Positions 24,613 to 37,479 of a stretch of 64,000 bases of DNA are shown here, piece by piece (positions within the stretch are counted from its first letter, which is position 1; each line of letters begins with the position of its first letter). This stretch comes from Macrostomum lignano (taxonomy: Eukaryota). Where the stretch lies: NCBI GenBank assembly GCA_002269645.1, contig NIVC01000385.1, positions 575,493 to 639,492 on the forward strand, in the 5' to 3' direction. The notes under the pieces were generated by a model. The model did no database searches, was not told where the DNA came from, and worked only from the letters and a program-made list of their open reading frames with translations. The translations under genes were made by a program, and so were the position numbers.

Positions 24613-25974
24613 TTAAGCCTAGCTTACTTGAGGTAGCAAATTAGCCAGACTATGTGGATAGTTTGCCATTAGCTAAGGATAGTTTAACATTCTGAGCAGG
24701 ATGAGAGACTTTTCAGGCCGCCGCGATCCGAAATTCAAACCGCGACTTGCAGTCTGGTCATTTCTTTTGCACGAACGAAATTTCTCAAATAAGTGTAACA
24801 CAAAGTGAAAAAATTAGAAAACTACTTGGACGATTTGACCTTTCAAAACTGCACTAAAATGCGTGGCGCAACAGCCAAATTACCGGGTGACATCGGTCGA
24901 GAAAAAAGCTTTTTTATTTGTTATTCGGACAAAAAATAATTATAGCTCTCAATAAACGCAAAGGTAATGTGCCGCTTGGATAGAAAAACTTTATGCAGCT
25001 ACGCAAAAACAACTGAAGTAATGCGCGCAACATAGAGCTGCCCGCAAAAACTTCAGCTACACAGCAACTACAAACCGCTGGTACAGGACTGCGCATCGCC
25101 AGGGTGTGAGTCCCACGAACACGCATCACTTCAGACAATCGTTCAGGTAATAAACATAGTTATTAAATAACCCTCACTTTGCCACTGTTCGTTAAGGTCG
25201 AAACGGAACCGGACTGGATGATAGCACGCGGAGCAGCGATCGTCGGCCGCTTGAGCCGGCGGTCACTGCAGCCGAAGCGGCAGGCAGCAGCAGTCCTGCG
25301 AAGCGGCGGTCAGCCGCGGCAGCAGACAGTCCTGCGATCGTCCTCCGCTTGAGCCGGCGGTCACTGCAGCCGAAGCGGCAGGCAGCAGACAGTCCTGCGA
25401 TCGTCCTCCGCTTGAGCCGGTGGTCACTGCAGCCGAAGCGGCAGCATTTATCGGATCCTTGCAAAATAGAATTTCTTTTCTGGCATTCCAAATCCCAAAT
25501 GGCTTTCATAAACGCACAGTTCCCCGTTGGAAAGCCGAATACAAAGTGCGGCGTCAGCGTTAGCTGACTCGCATGTACGCACCTGAAATGGTGAGAGTGA
25601 AGCGTCTGAAGTAAATAACGATGCATAGTGTTATATTTTTAAATAATACCGAAACGAAACAATCTTCTCAGTTTTGAACATAAATGGAGACAGTACTCAA
25701 GGGCACAGTGGGAGATAGCCTGGAAGTGGTTGCCATGGAAGGGGGAGCGCTGCCTGGGAGGGGTAGAGTGGGAGAGGAGCCTGAGAGGGGTTGAGTAAGA
25801 GGGGTAGCCTGGCAAGAGTAGCCAGGAAGGGTAGCCTGGGAGCGCTGTCTGGAAGAGGTTGAGTGGGAGATGAAGCCCGGAAGGGCTGCCTGGGAGGGGT
25901 AGAGTCCGGTTAGCCTGGAGGGGCTGTCTGGGAGGGCTGTCTGGGAGGGCTGTCTGGGAGGGGTAGCCTGTGAG

Positions 25975-26870
25975 AGGTAGAGTGGCAGGGTGTGGGAAAT
26001 GACAGCAGGGTATGGGGAAGGCCGGCAGGGTGTGGGGAAGGGTAGCAGGAAATAGGGAAGGCCAGCAGTAGGGAAGGCTGACAGGGTGTGGGGAAGCCGG
26101 CAGGGTGTGGGGAAGGCCGGCAGGGTGTGGGAAAGGGTAGCAGGAAATAGGGAAGGCCAGCAGTAGGGAAGGCAGGCAGGGTGTGGGGAAGGCCAGCAGT
26201 AGGGAAGGCAGGCAGGGTGTGGGGAAGGACTGCAGGGTGTGGGGAAGGGTAGCAGGGAGTAGGGAAGTCCAGCAGGAAGTGGGGAAGCCGGCAGGGTGTG
26301 GGAAAGGGTAGCAGGGAGTAGGGAAGGCCAGCAGGAAGTGGGGAAGCCGGCAGGGTGTGGGGAAGGCCGGCAGGGTGTGGGGAAGGGTAGCAGGAAATAG
26401 GGAAGGCCAGCAGTAGGGAAGGCAGGCAGGGTGTGGGGAAAGACAGCAGGGTGTGGGGAATGCCAGCAGGGAGTGAGGAAGGCCTGCATTGATGGGGAAG
26501 GACAGCAGGGTGTGGGGAAGGGTAGCAGGGAGTAGGGAAGGCCAGCAGGATGTGGGGAAGGACAGCAGGGTGTGGGGAAGGGTAGCAGGGAGTAAGGAAA
26601 GCCAGCAGGGTGTGGGGAAGGACAGCAGGGTGTGGGGAAGGGTAGCAAGGAGTAGGGAAGGCCAGCAGGATGTGGGGAAGCTGGCAGGGTGTGGGGAAAT
26701 CTAGCAAGGAGTAAAGAAGGCTGGCAAGGGTGTGGGGAAGGACAGCAGGGTAGGGGAAAGACAGCAGGGTATGGGGAAAGACAGCAGGGTGTGGGGAAGG
26801 CTAGCAGGATATGGGAAAAGCCAGCAAGGTGTAGCCATGTGGGAAGGCCAACAATATACAATGAAGGCCA
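25975..26870 (-). repeat. the same C-rich/G-rich minisatellite, right arm (shorter)
   Basis: Reverse complement of the 15.2-18.5 kb array. Confidence 0.93.
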
Positions 26871-29628
26871 AGCAGGATACATTGAAGAGCAGCAAGGTTT
26901 GTGAAAGACAGCAGGGTATGGAAAAGGCCCATAAAAGACAATGAAGGGCAGCAAGGTATGGGAAAGGCTTGTATTGATAAGAAAAGGTAGCAAGTGTTGT
27001 AGGAAGGCCATCAGGGTAAGGTATGGTAAAGGGCAGTAGGGTGTAACCATGTAGGGAAGGCTAGCAGGTTATGGGGAAAGGGAAGGTTAAAAAAATATAG
27101 AACCTCTAAATACTAAATACTAATTTCAGGCTTAACCTATAACATAAAATAGTAGAATAGAACCCAATTTATCAATAAAATAAAAAATAAAAAATAAAAA
27201 ATACATCCATTTATGGAATATATATAATAGGCTATTAGTATAGTATATTAGAACCCTAAATTATGGTTGTTCAATATATCTATCAATATAGCTAGCTTTA
27301 CTAAATAGTTTCTCTCCTAAACTCAGGATTCAGGGTTCAGAAAAAAGAATATTGAATATATAGCCCTAGGCCTAGCTTAGTCACACAGTTATTGCATTCA
27401 GTTACAAAATTGTGCATATGCCTAGCTACAAACTGAAACTGAGCGCCATCCAAGTTCACTTATTGAACTTTAAGTCGAGTCGTATTGTTCTCCTGTTCTA
27501 ATATTAATTCGCTGGGCCTATTAATATTGTGGAAATAATAAACAGCTAGTACTTAGTAGGCCTACATAAAATAATGTTAAATGTTAACACTTACACTTGT
27601 AACTAAGTCATCCTGACCTAATATTTATCTAGCATTCTAGTGACACTAAAATACTGTACTAGAGAATAGTAGCGTAGTAGGTTAGTAAAATCGCTAGGCC
27701 TACTTTGCATTAGTGAACTAAAAAATAAGCAGAAACGTCTGTTCAAATTTGTGCCATATTTGGCCCTTGTGCGCATAAAAAAGGCGGTCTATAGCATGCT
27801 ACTGTATCATATAGCATGATACGGACTGCCTTATAGGCGGTTTTTGCCGTGTTCTATACCGCCTAACGTGTATATACGGCTGCTCGATGAGAATCACCCA
27901 AAGGAAAAACGGTTAGTTAACTGCTTTCGTAAGAAAAAGAGAGCAACAAAATATAACTCTAAATAATTTGTTGACAGCTTGTCGGCTTGGCTTATACAGA
28001 CATAAGTATTAGCAAGTAAGAGAAAGATAATTATAATGCTTCTTGCTGGAGAAGCCGGAAGTTTACTTTTACGAAGTTAACTTTACAAATAGAAATCGAT
28101 CAGACGATCACTTCTTTTGGTAATGGTAACTGTAGCGAGCAACTCTAGCTGGTTGTTGCAAGTGTTAGTTAGCCACTCAAAAAAGGTAGAGAAATAGAAT
28201 GTGGCTATGCCTGTATATTTATTGTCTGGTAGAACACAGATTTCCGGTTCATTGAGTGCATGTTGGGATGTGCTCGAGCAGAGGGAAGTGCATGGATAGG
28301 CTGGATGGCGGTCACGGAGTGCAAACTGGGTGCCCGAACTGCCTGTTGCGCATGCTACAGTAACTTAGACAGCGTGACATTTAATAGAAACTCTTCCGAT
28401 CTGTTTAGATTCGTGGATATGCAAAGATACGTTTTTACCAGCTTGACGGAAGTAAAAGTGCGAAGCTGGACGTAGTTTGAAATTCACAGCGTCAGGTCTA
28501 GATAAACTTTAGTCCAATGCTTACATGAAGATGAACTGGTACCCTTAATGTACTATAATATTGATAACTTTTGTTAGGCAACCTTGAAATCTTACTGTAC
28601 TTTACAATTTACATAATACTAAGGACCAGTGCATGTATACAGAGGTTCTTGACATAATCCAAATATTGCAGTACATGTGATGATGTACATTTACAGTAAT
28701 GAAGAACTACCTGTAGCTGCTCCTTCAATGGACACAAGCCTATTATAAACTTGCAAAGATGTGCATGAGCAAGCACTTAGTATTACAGCTGTAAACATGA
28801 ATTCTGCAGACGTCGGGGGAGAAGATGGGCGCAAGACGCTTGGGCTGGTATAAGGAGGGTGGCAAAGCCGATGGGGTCAAGGACTACTTAAGTAACATAT
28901 AGGACGCTACACTCGAAATCTATGGTAAATGTTTTGAAGGCAACTTTTCTCCGAAAAATACACTGTACAGAGACAGGTTTTAATTTTTTAAGCACAAAAA
29001 TTGTTTTTGCTTTTGATGGGAGGCAGATCCAGTGTTCATCTTTTGATATGTTGTGCCTTTCTTATTGCTCTATCGATATTTATAAAGCTTTTTGTTCAGA
29101 AATAGTTTTAAAAGCAGGTTTCACCGGAAAAATACACTACGGAGATAGGAAATTTCACGATTTTCAGCACTAAAACATGCAGTGATTGGGTCTTTTTAAC
29201 AGTGTCAGAGAAAGTTCTAATCACACTATTTTGTGCCTCACATGCTGCTCTAACGACGCATTGATCGATTTTTCATGTTAAATTGGTCTGTCACTTGAAA
29301 AAAACGTTAAAAATTACGAAGAGCAAGAGCTTGCGTGCACGGCAGCCGTTCACGTAAGCTCAGAATTGCGTGCACTGCACGGCGGCTATCTACCTAGTGC
29401 TTTATTTGCATGTATGGCAGCCGTTCATCTAGTGTTGAAATTGCGTGCACGGCAGCCGGTAAATGGCCAGGACTGGGGCCCTTAAATTAAACAATAACTA
29501 ATTAAAAAGTTATTGTTACTATATTGTTTTATGTTTTATCCCACGTACACCATGTACACCCAATGTAATCTTAATTCATTGCTTTTTTGTTAATTTGAAT
29601 ATTATTCGAATAGCTATGACTTACTGTA

Positions 29629-29651
29629 TCTCTACCTATAAAAATCAAAAC

Positions 29652-29688
<37 letters not shown>

Positions 29689-31687
29689 GGACAAATTACT
29701 TCGCTATGGACTCCCAAACCGCTCAACCAAATGACACCAAACTTTACACCCACCCTAAACTTACTACGGAGAATGTCTTAGGCTACCTTTAAATTTCCTA
29801 GACTCAAGTCTTCCTACCTAAAAGTACAAAAAACTGCTCAAAATGCGCGATTTTTTCACTAAATCCTCCATAGCGCCGCTCCACTTCTACCGATTCTCTT
29901 CAAATTTGACACAGATAATCTTTAACTATTTTGGCACAATCATGTAAAATTTTGAGTCTCAAAGTTAATCCTGAGCGGTGCTGTGCACTTTTAAAGTTAG
30001 GCTGTTTTTTTCAGCGTAGCAACCACCCCAACCTCCGCCCGCCTGCCTCTCTTTCCCGATCCCGATCTGGGCCCAGATGTGTAAAATGGGTTTCAAAATT
30101 GACTAACTTTCAGCTGCCATAAGTTTGCTCCACGTGAAGCGATTGACTTTAAGCTTCACACAATTCTTCATTGACTCATTCTCTGTCTAAATGTAGAGTT
30201 ACAACTCTCTAACTCTTTCAGAAAAGAAACTGTAAGCGTGTGAAGTTTGTCTGCTTTTTCTGTTGTTTGTGCCACTCACTCACTCATTCCCCCAGAGCCA
30301 GACGAAGGATCAGGCGATAGGACTGAATGTACATAGCAAATGTACAGTGTTTTGGAATAACTTTTTTATAGCCTTCTCGCACCCCGAGAGTGGAGAGGCT
30401 AGGTTTAGCCATAACAGTTTAATTAGTGAGAAATTCTAATCACTGCCCTCCCCTCCTCTGTATTGGCAAACTCTGCAGCAGTTTAACAGTGGATGGCAAT
30501 TGGCAGATCGAGGGAATCCAGCAAAAAAGCGAAAGCGAAAAGCGGTTTGTAAAAGCGAAAGATTTATGAAAAGGCGATGCGATGCAATGCAATACAACCC
30601 TACTAAATTAGGCACACCCATGGAAATTTTAGGTTTCTTTTAAAGGTAGTGTGTAAATTTTAAATGGCCTCCTAAGAAATGCGTATTTCCTTGGTTGTTA
30701 GACTGATGCAGACTGCAGTGGAGCTGAAAATACAAAAATTCCTTTCAGGGCTGCAAATTGGCAAGAAAGATGACGTGATCAAAGCATGAGAACAACGATG
30801 AGAGTAGTACGTCCCACAAACTGGCTTTCGAAGCAGGGATCGGCAGACTTTTACTTCAAAAGCCAGAAAAAGAATCCAGCTTATGTGCGGGCCAGATGAG
30901 AGTGGAAAGGAGAAGGAATAGACTATTTAGAAGAGAGGAGAGGCGAGAGGGGGATAAAGAAAACATGGAAGATAAGAGGGGAGACAAGTGGTGAGGAGAG
31001 AGCAGAGAAGAAGGGAGGAAGAAGCGAGAGGAGGGGAGAAAGGAGGGAGAGGAAAGAGTAAATGTGAGAAGAGAGGAGAGATGAGACAGAGGATCGATGA
31101 GAGGAGAATAGAGAAGAGTGAGAAGAGAGTAGAGATGAGTAAATGTGAGAAGAGGGTAGAGATGAGACAGAGGATCGATGAGAGGAGAATAGAGAAGAGT
31201 GAGAAGAGAGAAGATATGAGAGAGCAGAAAGAAGATGACAGAGGGTCAAGAGGAGAGGAGAGATTAGAGAGGAGAGAGTAGAAAGGATAGAGAAGAAATG
31301 AGATAAGAGGGGGAGAGAGGAGTGAGAAGAGAAGAGATAGAGATAAGAGAGGGGTGTAAGAAGAGGGGAGAAAGGAGAGATGAGATTGTAGAGATGAGAC
31401 AGATTAAAGGAGAGATGAGAGAGTAAAGATGAGAGATGAAAAAGGTGAGAGGAGAGTGCAGAGAGACGAGAGCAGACAAGAGAGGGAGACAGTATAGAAG
31501 AGGGAAGAGAAGAGAAGAGGAGAGGAGAAAGGAGAAAGGAAAGAGAGGAGTCAGAAGAGGTGAAAGAGAAGAGTACAGAGGAGATAAGTGAGAGAACGTA
31601 TAAGAGAGTAAAGATGACAGATGAGAGAGAAGAGATGAGGGTGAACAGACGAGAGACGGGAGAGGAGAGATAAGAGAGAGAGAGAGG

Positions 31688-31730
<43 letters not shown>

Positions 31731-32651
31731 GAGCAGAGAGAAACGAGAAGAGATAAGAGAGAAAAGATAAAAGAAGAGAAAGGAGAGATGAAAGAGCAGA
31801 CGAGAGAGAAGAGAGGTGAGGGAAAAGACGAGCGACGAGGGGAGAGAGAAGAGATAAAACAAGAAAAGAGATAAAAGGAAAGAGAGAGAGGAAAGAGGTG
31901 AGGGAAGAGACGAGAGAAGAGGGGAGAGATGAGAGAGAGAGGAAAGAGGAGAGAGGAGAGATGAGAGAGTAAAGGAGAGAGTTAAGAGATGAGAAAAAAG
32001 AATAGAGAGGAGAAGGAAGAGACGAGAGAAGAGGGGAGAGAGGAGAGAGGAGAGGAGAGAGAAAAGAAGAGGGAAGAGATAAGATAAGAGATATGAAAGA
32101 GAAGAAAGATGAGGGAGGATACGAAAGAAGATGGGAGAGAGGAGAGAGGAGAGGAGAGGAGAGAGAAAACGAAAGAGTTGAGAGGAGAGAGGAGAGCAGA
32201 GAGAAAACGAAAAGTAGAAAGGAGAGAGGAGAGGAGAGAGAAAAGAATAGGGAAGAGATGAGGGAAGATACGAGAGAAGAGAGGAGAGAAGAGAGAGGAA
32301 AGAGTAGAGACGAGGGATGAGAGAGAAGAAAGGAAACAGAAGAGACGATAGAAATTTTAAAGGATCCAAGGGACATAGGGAGAGTCAGGGAGAGGCCAGA
32401 GTTTGCCAATACATGTTTTAGAGTCAGACAGACATTGCCTGACATTCTGCGGAGTACCCCCAGCCAACAATATCAATGTTTGCCTCAAACCCTAATTTTA
32501 CACGAATGTGCTCCATTTTATGTCCACCTCTATCTTACTAACTATTAACAAGTTTTTGTTTGTGTATTGCCTTAGATTTCAGAATACATGCAAAAGTAGT
32601 TCCAGGGATTGGAATTCCCCGGGTTCAAAATCCGCGGGTTTCAACAGCTTG
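29629..32651 (+). mobile_element. non-autonomous Helitron-like unit 1
   Basis: Starts A|TC, has (CTGT)n near the 5' end, and ends with a hairpin at 32617-32638 followed by CAGCTTG. Carries an internal GA-rich tract. No TSD. Confidence 0.8.
30900..32350 (+). repeat. GA-rich low-complexity tract inside Helitron unit 1
   Basis: Almost pure purine strand. Confidence 0.95.
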
Positions 32652-35559
32652 TCTATACATATAAAAATCAAAACTCTGTCTGTCTGTCTGTCTGTGTGTG
32701 GACAATTTTGATTGCTATGGACTCCCAAACCGCTCAACCAAATGACACTTTGCACCCACCCTAAACTTATTACGGAGAATGTCTTAGGCTAACTTTTAAT
32801 TTCCTAGACTCAAGTCTTCCTACCTAAAAGTACAAAAAACTGCTCAAAATGCGCGATTTTTTCACTTAATCCTCCATAGCGCCGCTCCACTTCTACCAAT
32901 TCTCTTCAAATTTGACACAGACAATCTTCAACTATTTTGACACAATTGTGTAAAATTTCAAATCTTAAAGTTAATCCTAAAAGCTGCTGTGCACTTTTAA
33001 AGTTGGGCTGTTTTTTTTAGTGAGGCAGCCAACCCAACCTCCGCCCGCCTGCCTCTCTTTCCCGATCTGGACAAAGGGTGCAAATAGGTTTTTAAATTAC
33101 TAACTTTGGGCTGCCATAAGTTTGCTTCACGTAAAGCGATTGACTTGAAACTTGACACAATTCTTCATTGACTTATTCTCTGTCCAAATATAAAGTCTCA
33201 ACTCTGTTTGAGATTGTGTCATAAAGATTCAACCACTGTCCTCACTTCTGTATAAGACAAGTCTGCAGGAGTTAAACAAGGATGGCAAATCAAGGCAATG
33301 TGGGATGGTTTGTAAAAATAGCGAAAAATTAATGAATAACTGATTTCAATGCAATCCTACTAAATTGCTTACACCATGAAAATTTTAACATTAAGATACG
33401 AATAAGGTACTTGAAAATTTAAATAACCTCCTAAGAAATGTGTATTTCCTTGGTTGTTAGACTGCTGCAGACTATGGTGGTGGAGCTAGAGAATGGAGAT
33501 ACACAAATTCCTCTCAGGACTACTAATTGGCCAGAAAGAGCACAAGAAATTATAACAAACATGATAGTACTACGTCCCATAAACTGGCTTTCGAAGCAAG
33601 GATCGGCAGATTTTTATCTCAAAGGCCAGATAAAGAATCAAGCTTATGGCTGCGGGCCAGATGAGAGTGAAAAGGAAAAAGAATAAACTATTAGAAATGG
33701 AGGAGGGGTGAGGGGAGAAGAGAATAGATAGAAGATATCAGGAGAGACGAGGGGGTTGAGGGCAGAGCAGAGAATATGGGAGTCGGGAGGAAGAAGCGAG
33801 AGGAGGGAAGAGAGAAGGGAGATGGAATAGTAGAGGTGAGAAGATGGAGAGAGAAGTGGGGAGAGATGAGACAGAGGATCAATGAGAGAGAGGAAAGTAG
33901 AGAAGAGTGAGAAGAGATAAGAGATGAGAGAACAGAGAGGCAGATGAGAGAGGATCGAGAGGAGAGATTAGAAAGGATAGAGAAGAGAGGAGATAAGAGG
34001 GGGATAGAGGGGAGAGAGAGGAGTGAGAAGAGGAGATAAGAGATGAGAGAGGGAAGAGTGAGAAGATGAGATAAGATATAAGAGATAAGAGAGAGAGAGA
34101 CAGAGTTGATAAAGAAGAGAGGAGAAAGGAGAGATGATAGAGCAAAGGGAAGAGGAGGAGAGAGGAAAGAGATGAGATCGTGGAGATGAGAGAGATGAAA
34201 AAAAGATGATCGAGAGAGTAGAGATGAGAGATGAAGGAAGAGAGAGCAGAGTGCAGAGAGACGAGAGAAGAGAAGAGGAGAGAGAGTATAGAAGAGGGAA
34301 GAGAAGAGAGGAGTAAGGAAAGAGGGGTGTCAGAAGAGGGAAAAGAGAAAAGTACACAGTAGAGAGAGTAGAGATGACAGAAGAGAGGGGAATGAGAGAG
34401 CGAAGATGAGAGTGAACAGACGATATAAGAGAGGAGAGAGAGTGAGAAAGAAGAGAGAAGACAAGAGAGGGAGAGAGTATAGAAGAGAGAAGTGAAGAGA
34501 CAAGAAGAAAGAAGAAAGGATTGAGTCCTCCTGAGTCAAAAAAGAGGAAGGAAAGAGAGGAGTACAAGTGGAGAGAGGTGAGAGAACATATGAGAGTAAA
34601 ATGCCAGATCAGAGAGGGGAGATAAGAGATCAGAACAGACGAGAGATGGGAGAGTAGAGAGAAAAGAGGAGAGATAAGAAATAAGAGATGAGAGGTGCAG
34701 ACAAGGAAGAGATGAGAAGTGAGTGAGGAGAGAGGAGGGGAAGGGAGAGAATCGAGAGGACAAGGGAAATTGGTGAAAAGGACGAGTGAGGAGAGGAAAG
34801 AGGGGAGAGATTAGAGAGAAGAGAGATAGGACAGGAGATAGCAGAGAGATGAGAGGAGAGAGAGGGGGGAGAGGAGAGAGAAGATAAAAGAAGAGAAATG
34901 AGAGATAAGATAGCAAAGACGAGAGAGAAGGGAGGTGAGGGAAGAGACAATAGAAGACATGAGAGGAAAGAGTTAAGAGAAGAGAGGAAAAAGGAGAGAG
35001 TAGAGATGAGGAAAGTGTTAAGAGAGGGTATAGTAAGGAGTGAGAAGCGAGGTGAGGGAAGAGAGAGCAGAGAGCAGAGGGAAACGAGAAGAGATAAAAG
35101 AGGAGAAAGGAGATATGAGAGACCAGAGACCAGAGAGAAAAGAGGAGAGGAGAGAGAAAAGAATAGAGGGGAGAGGGAAGAGATGAGAGAAGAGACAAGA
35201 GAGGAGAGAGGACAGAGGAGAGAAGAAAGAAGAGATAAGAGGAGAGAGAGAGAAGAGACAAGAGAGAAGATAGGAAACAGAAAAGAAGATGGAAGTTTCA
35301 AAGGATGCAAAGGACATAGGGAGAGGCAGAGGTAGAGGCCAGAGTTTGCCTGACATTCTGCGTAGCACCCCAGCCAACAATAGCAATGTTTGCCTCAAAT
35401 CCTAATTTTACATGAATGTACACTATTTTATGTTTAACTCTAATCCTAACTATTAACAAGTTTTTGTTTGAGTTTGACCTCAGATTTTAGAATACATGCA
35501 AAAAAAATTCTGGGGAATGGAGTTCCCCGGGTTCAAAATCCGCGGGTTTCAACAGCTTG
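32652..35559 (+). mobile_element. non-autonomous Helitron-like unit 2 (head-to-tail with unit 1)
   Basis: The junction reads CTTG|TCTATAC. Same 5' block, hairpin and CTTG|T end as unit 1, with diverged internal sequence. Confidence 0.8.
33695..35290 (+). repeat. GA-rich low-complexity tract inside Helitron unit 2
   Basis: Almost pure purine strand. Confidence 0.95.
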
Positions 35560-36300
35560 TAGGCCTATAAGATACAGCTCTGCCGTGCACGCAATTCTGA
35601 GCTTACGTGAACGGCTGCCGTGCACGCAAGCTCTTCGTAAAAATTAACGACAAGAAGATAAGGTAAATTGAAGTGAAATAAAAAACTACTGTTAACTGTC
35701 GAACTGTCACAGTTGTTCTGCACTTCAGGCGAGCCTGAGTTTCAATTCTGCAATCACATGGAATGTCTAAAGCACAATAATTGCATGTATATACGTGTAA
35801 CAGCTGTAACTCCATGCATAAGTTATCTACCTACAGTGCATATTTTAGAAGTTTTTGCTTTCTTTTAAAAGCAGTGACAAAGTTTTTAACGAAAAGAAAC
35901 TTGGAAGAAAACCACTAATCAAAACACATTAACATGTACATAAAAAAATTGAACTTTTATGCTCGTAAAGTCTTTTGATTTGCATGTAGCCTTTTTTATT
36001 AGTTTAAGTATCAATTTTGTAAAAATTGCAGTTCATGGTAAAAGTGCACCGATTTTGTAATAGGAAGCCAGCTTGTAGAAAAGTTTGTTTATCAAAAGCT
36101 ATGCTGCAAAAGCAGTCAGTTAAAACATTAGCAATTTAATTTACAGTAGTACGTAACTAGGAGTTGGATTATTTGCATCGCTGGATTATTTGCATTGCTG
36201 CTCCAAGAGAAACACAAAAGGAGATCCATCAGGTCTCCTCGGACTTGGCATGCATGTACGAGTACATGCGTGGTTGCTTGGATAATTACAATTTCTGAGT

Positions 36301-36540
36301 CTAAAACTTTGATGCATAGAAGTCTTGGTATCTTGCAGCCAGAGGGTACTCCGGCACTTCGTGATGTTGATGAAGCTTTGGCCTGTGGCACTGATGGCAC
36401 AGGTTTAAGACTTGCTGCTGGTACAGCTGATAAAGATGATGCTGCTGCTGCTGCTGCTGCGGAGCCGGTCCAAAAAGTTGCTGATAGTTGGTGACCATCT
36501 TTTTTAGGCGACTGTTCTCCAGTTCAAGATCTTTCAGTTT
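36301..36540 (-). CDS. Fos/ATF3-like bZIP gene C, last exon (short leucine zipper plus Gln/His tail)
   Basis: TTTTAG|AAA acceptor. Encodes KLKDLELENSRLKKMVTNY in frame with the basic exon. Stop at 36301-36303. Confidence 0.8.
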   Translation of the reverse strand, partial: KLKDLELENSRLKKMVTNYQQLFGPAPQQQQQQHHLYQLYQQQVLNLCHQCHRPKLHQHHEVPEYPLAARYQDFYASKF

Positions 36541-37249
36541 CTAAAATCGGAGGCACAGACTTCGTTTAGTTTTAACAAATTTTATTTAAGAAAGAATGCT
36601 TTTATATTGCAAACCGAAAACTTTTACACAACGGGACACATATTAACATATTAACATATTTTGTTTTACTCGTATGAAGTTTCATGAAGATGAAGCCTTA
36701 TGATTAAAAATGACAAAAAAATTCTCGATAGTGTCTTCTTCGTCGAAACGACGGCCTTCCAATATTCTTCTTAGAAACGAAGTTCCCGCGTCCTAAGCCG
36801 CCGAATCGAACTCCAAGAAAGATTTCAGCATGACGAGAAACTTCGTTTTGTAGAAAAACTGTAAGACTGGCTTCATGCGAAAATGCACCAGGAAGGTACG
36901 ACCTATAGGAATCTTTCTACAAAAATAGCGATAAAAACGATCTTTCAAAACGACATGCTTATTTCGTCGCTCTATTGACTTTTAAAACTTTCTCTCTAAT
37001 AAGAAGTTATTCATAAACTGTTTTATACTTTTAGCTAATGAGATTTTCAAATGACCAAATAGTCTCGCAATTAATTTTTCAGTATTCGATCTGTTTCCAC
37101 AATAAAACATTTCTGTTGCGCCGAAACATGAAAAGTTTCGATCTCGGTAGCTAGTGCATTTATTCACAGCCAGCCTTCAAAAACTTCCTTAGAAACGAAG
37201 TTTCTTATCGCCCTTCCCCCTTTTCGAATATCTGCTCAACTCAACTCAC

Positions 37250-37357
37250 GGTCTTCATTTTGGTCTCCTTGGACTTCTTGTTTTCCCGGCACCTTCTGGC
37301 TGACAATTTGTTTCGCTCTCGTCGGTCCTCCATCTTCCGGCGGGCCTCTTCGCTGAG
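37250..37357 (-). CDS. Fos/ATF3-like bZIP gene C, 108-nt basic-region exon
   Basis: CAG|CTC acceptor and ACC|GTGAGT donor. Encodes LSEEARRKMEDRRERNKLSARRCRENKKSKETKMKT (36 aa, Asn at position 16 as in c-Fos exon 3). Confidence 0.85.
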
Positions 37358-37479
37358 CTGCTCGGCAGAGGGGGGGGGGCAGGGGTGGCAGGATTTAGTG
37401 CGAGCTGATAGCTCTGTGCATCTAGCCGAATTCGTGTGCGTGAGCAAATCCTAAATTCCTTTGAAATACCCGCATTAAC

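Larger units (their letters stand above)
14237..27879. mobile_element. 13.6-kb foldback-like element or large inverted repeat
   Basis: Left arm 14237-18769 is the reverse complement of right arm 25217-27879. The ends read CCGTATATACACGTTAGGCGG...CCGCCTAACGTGTATATACGG. Both arms carry the same minisatellite. The TSD cannot be resolved because the terminal bases are palindromic. Confidence 0.75.
29317..35637. mobile_element. Mutator-type MITE (about 390 bp by itself) carrying two nested Helitron-like units
   Basis: About 70-bp TIRs CGAAGAGC...TTGCGTGCACGGCAGCCGTTCACGTAAGCTCAGAATTGCGTGCAC. Exact 9-bp TSD TAAAAATTA at 29308-29316 and 35638-35646. Confidence 0.78.

Noticed and set aside
30923-35398. 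Leu/Ser- or Arg/Glu-rich ORFs
   Set aside because: Artefacts of GA-rich low-complexity DNA.
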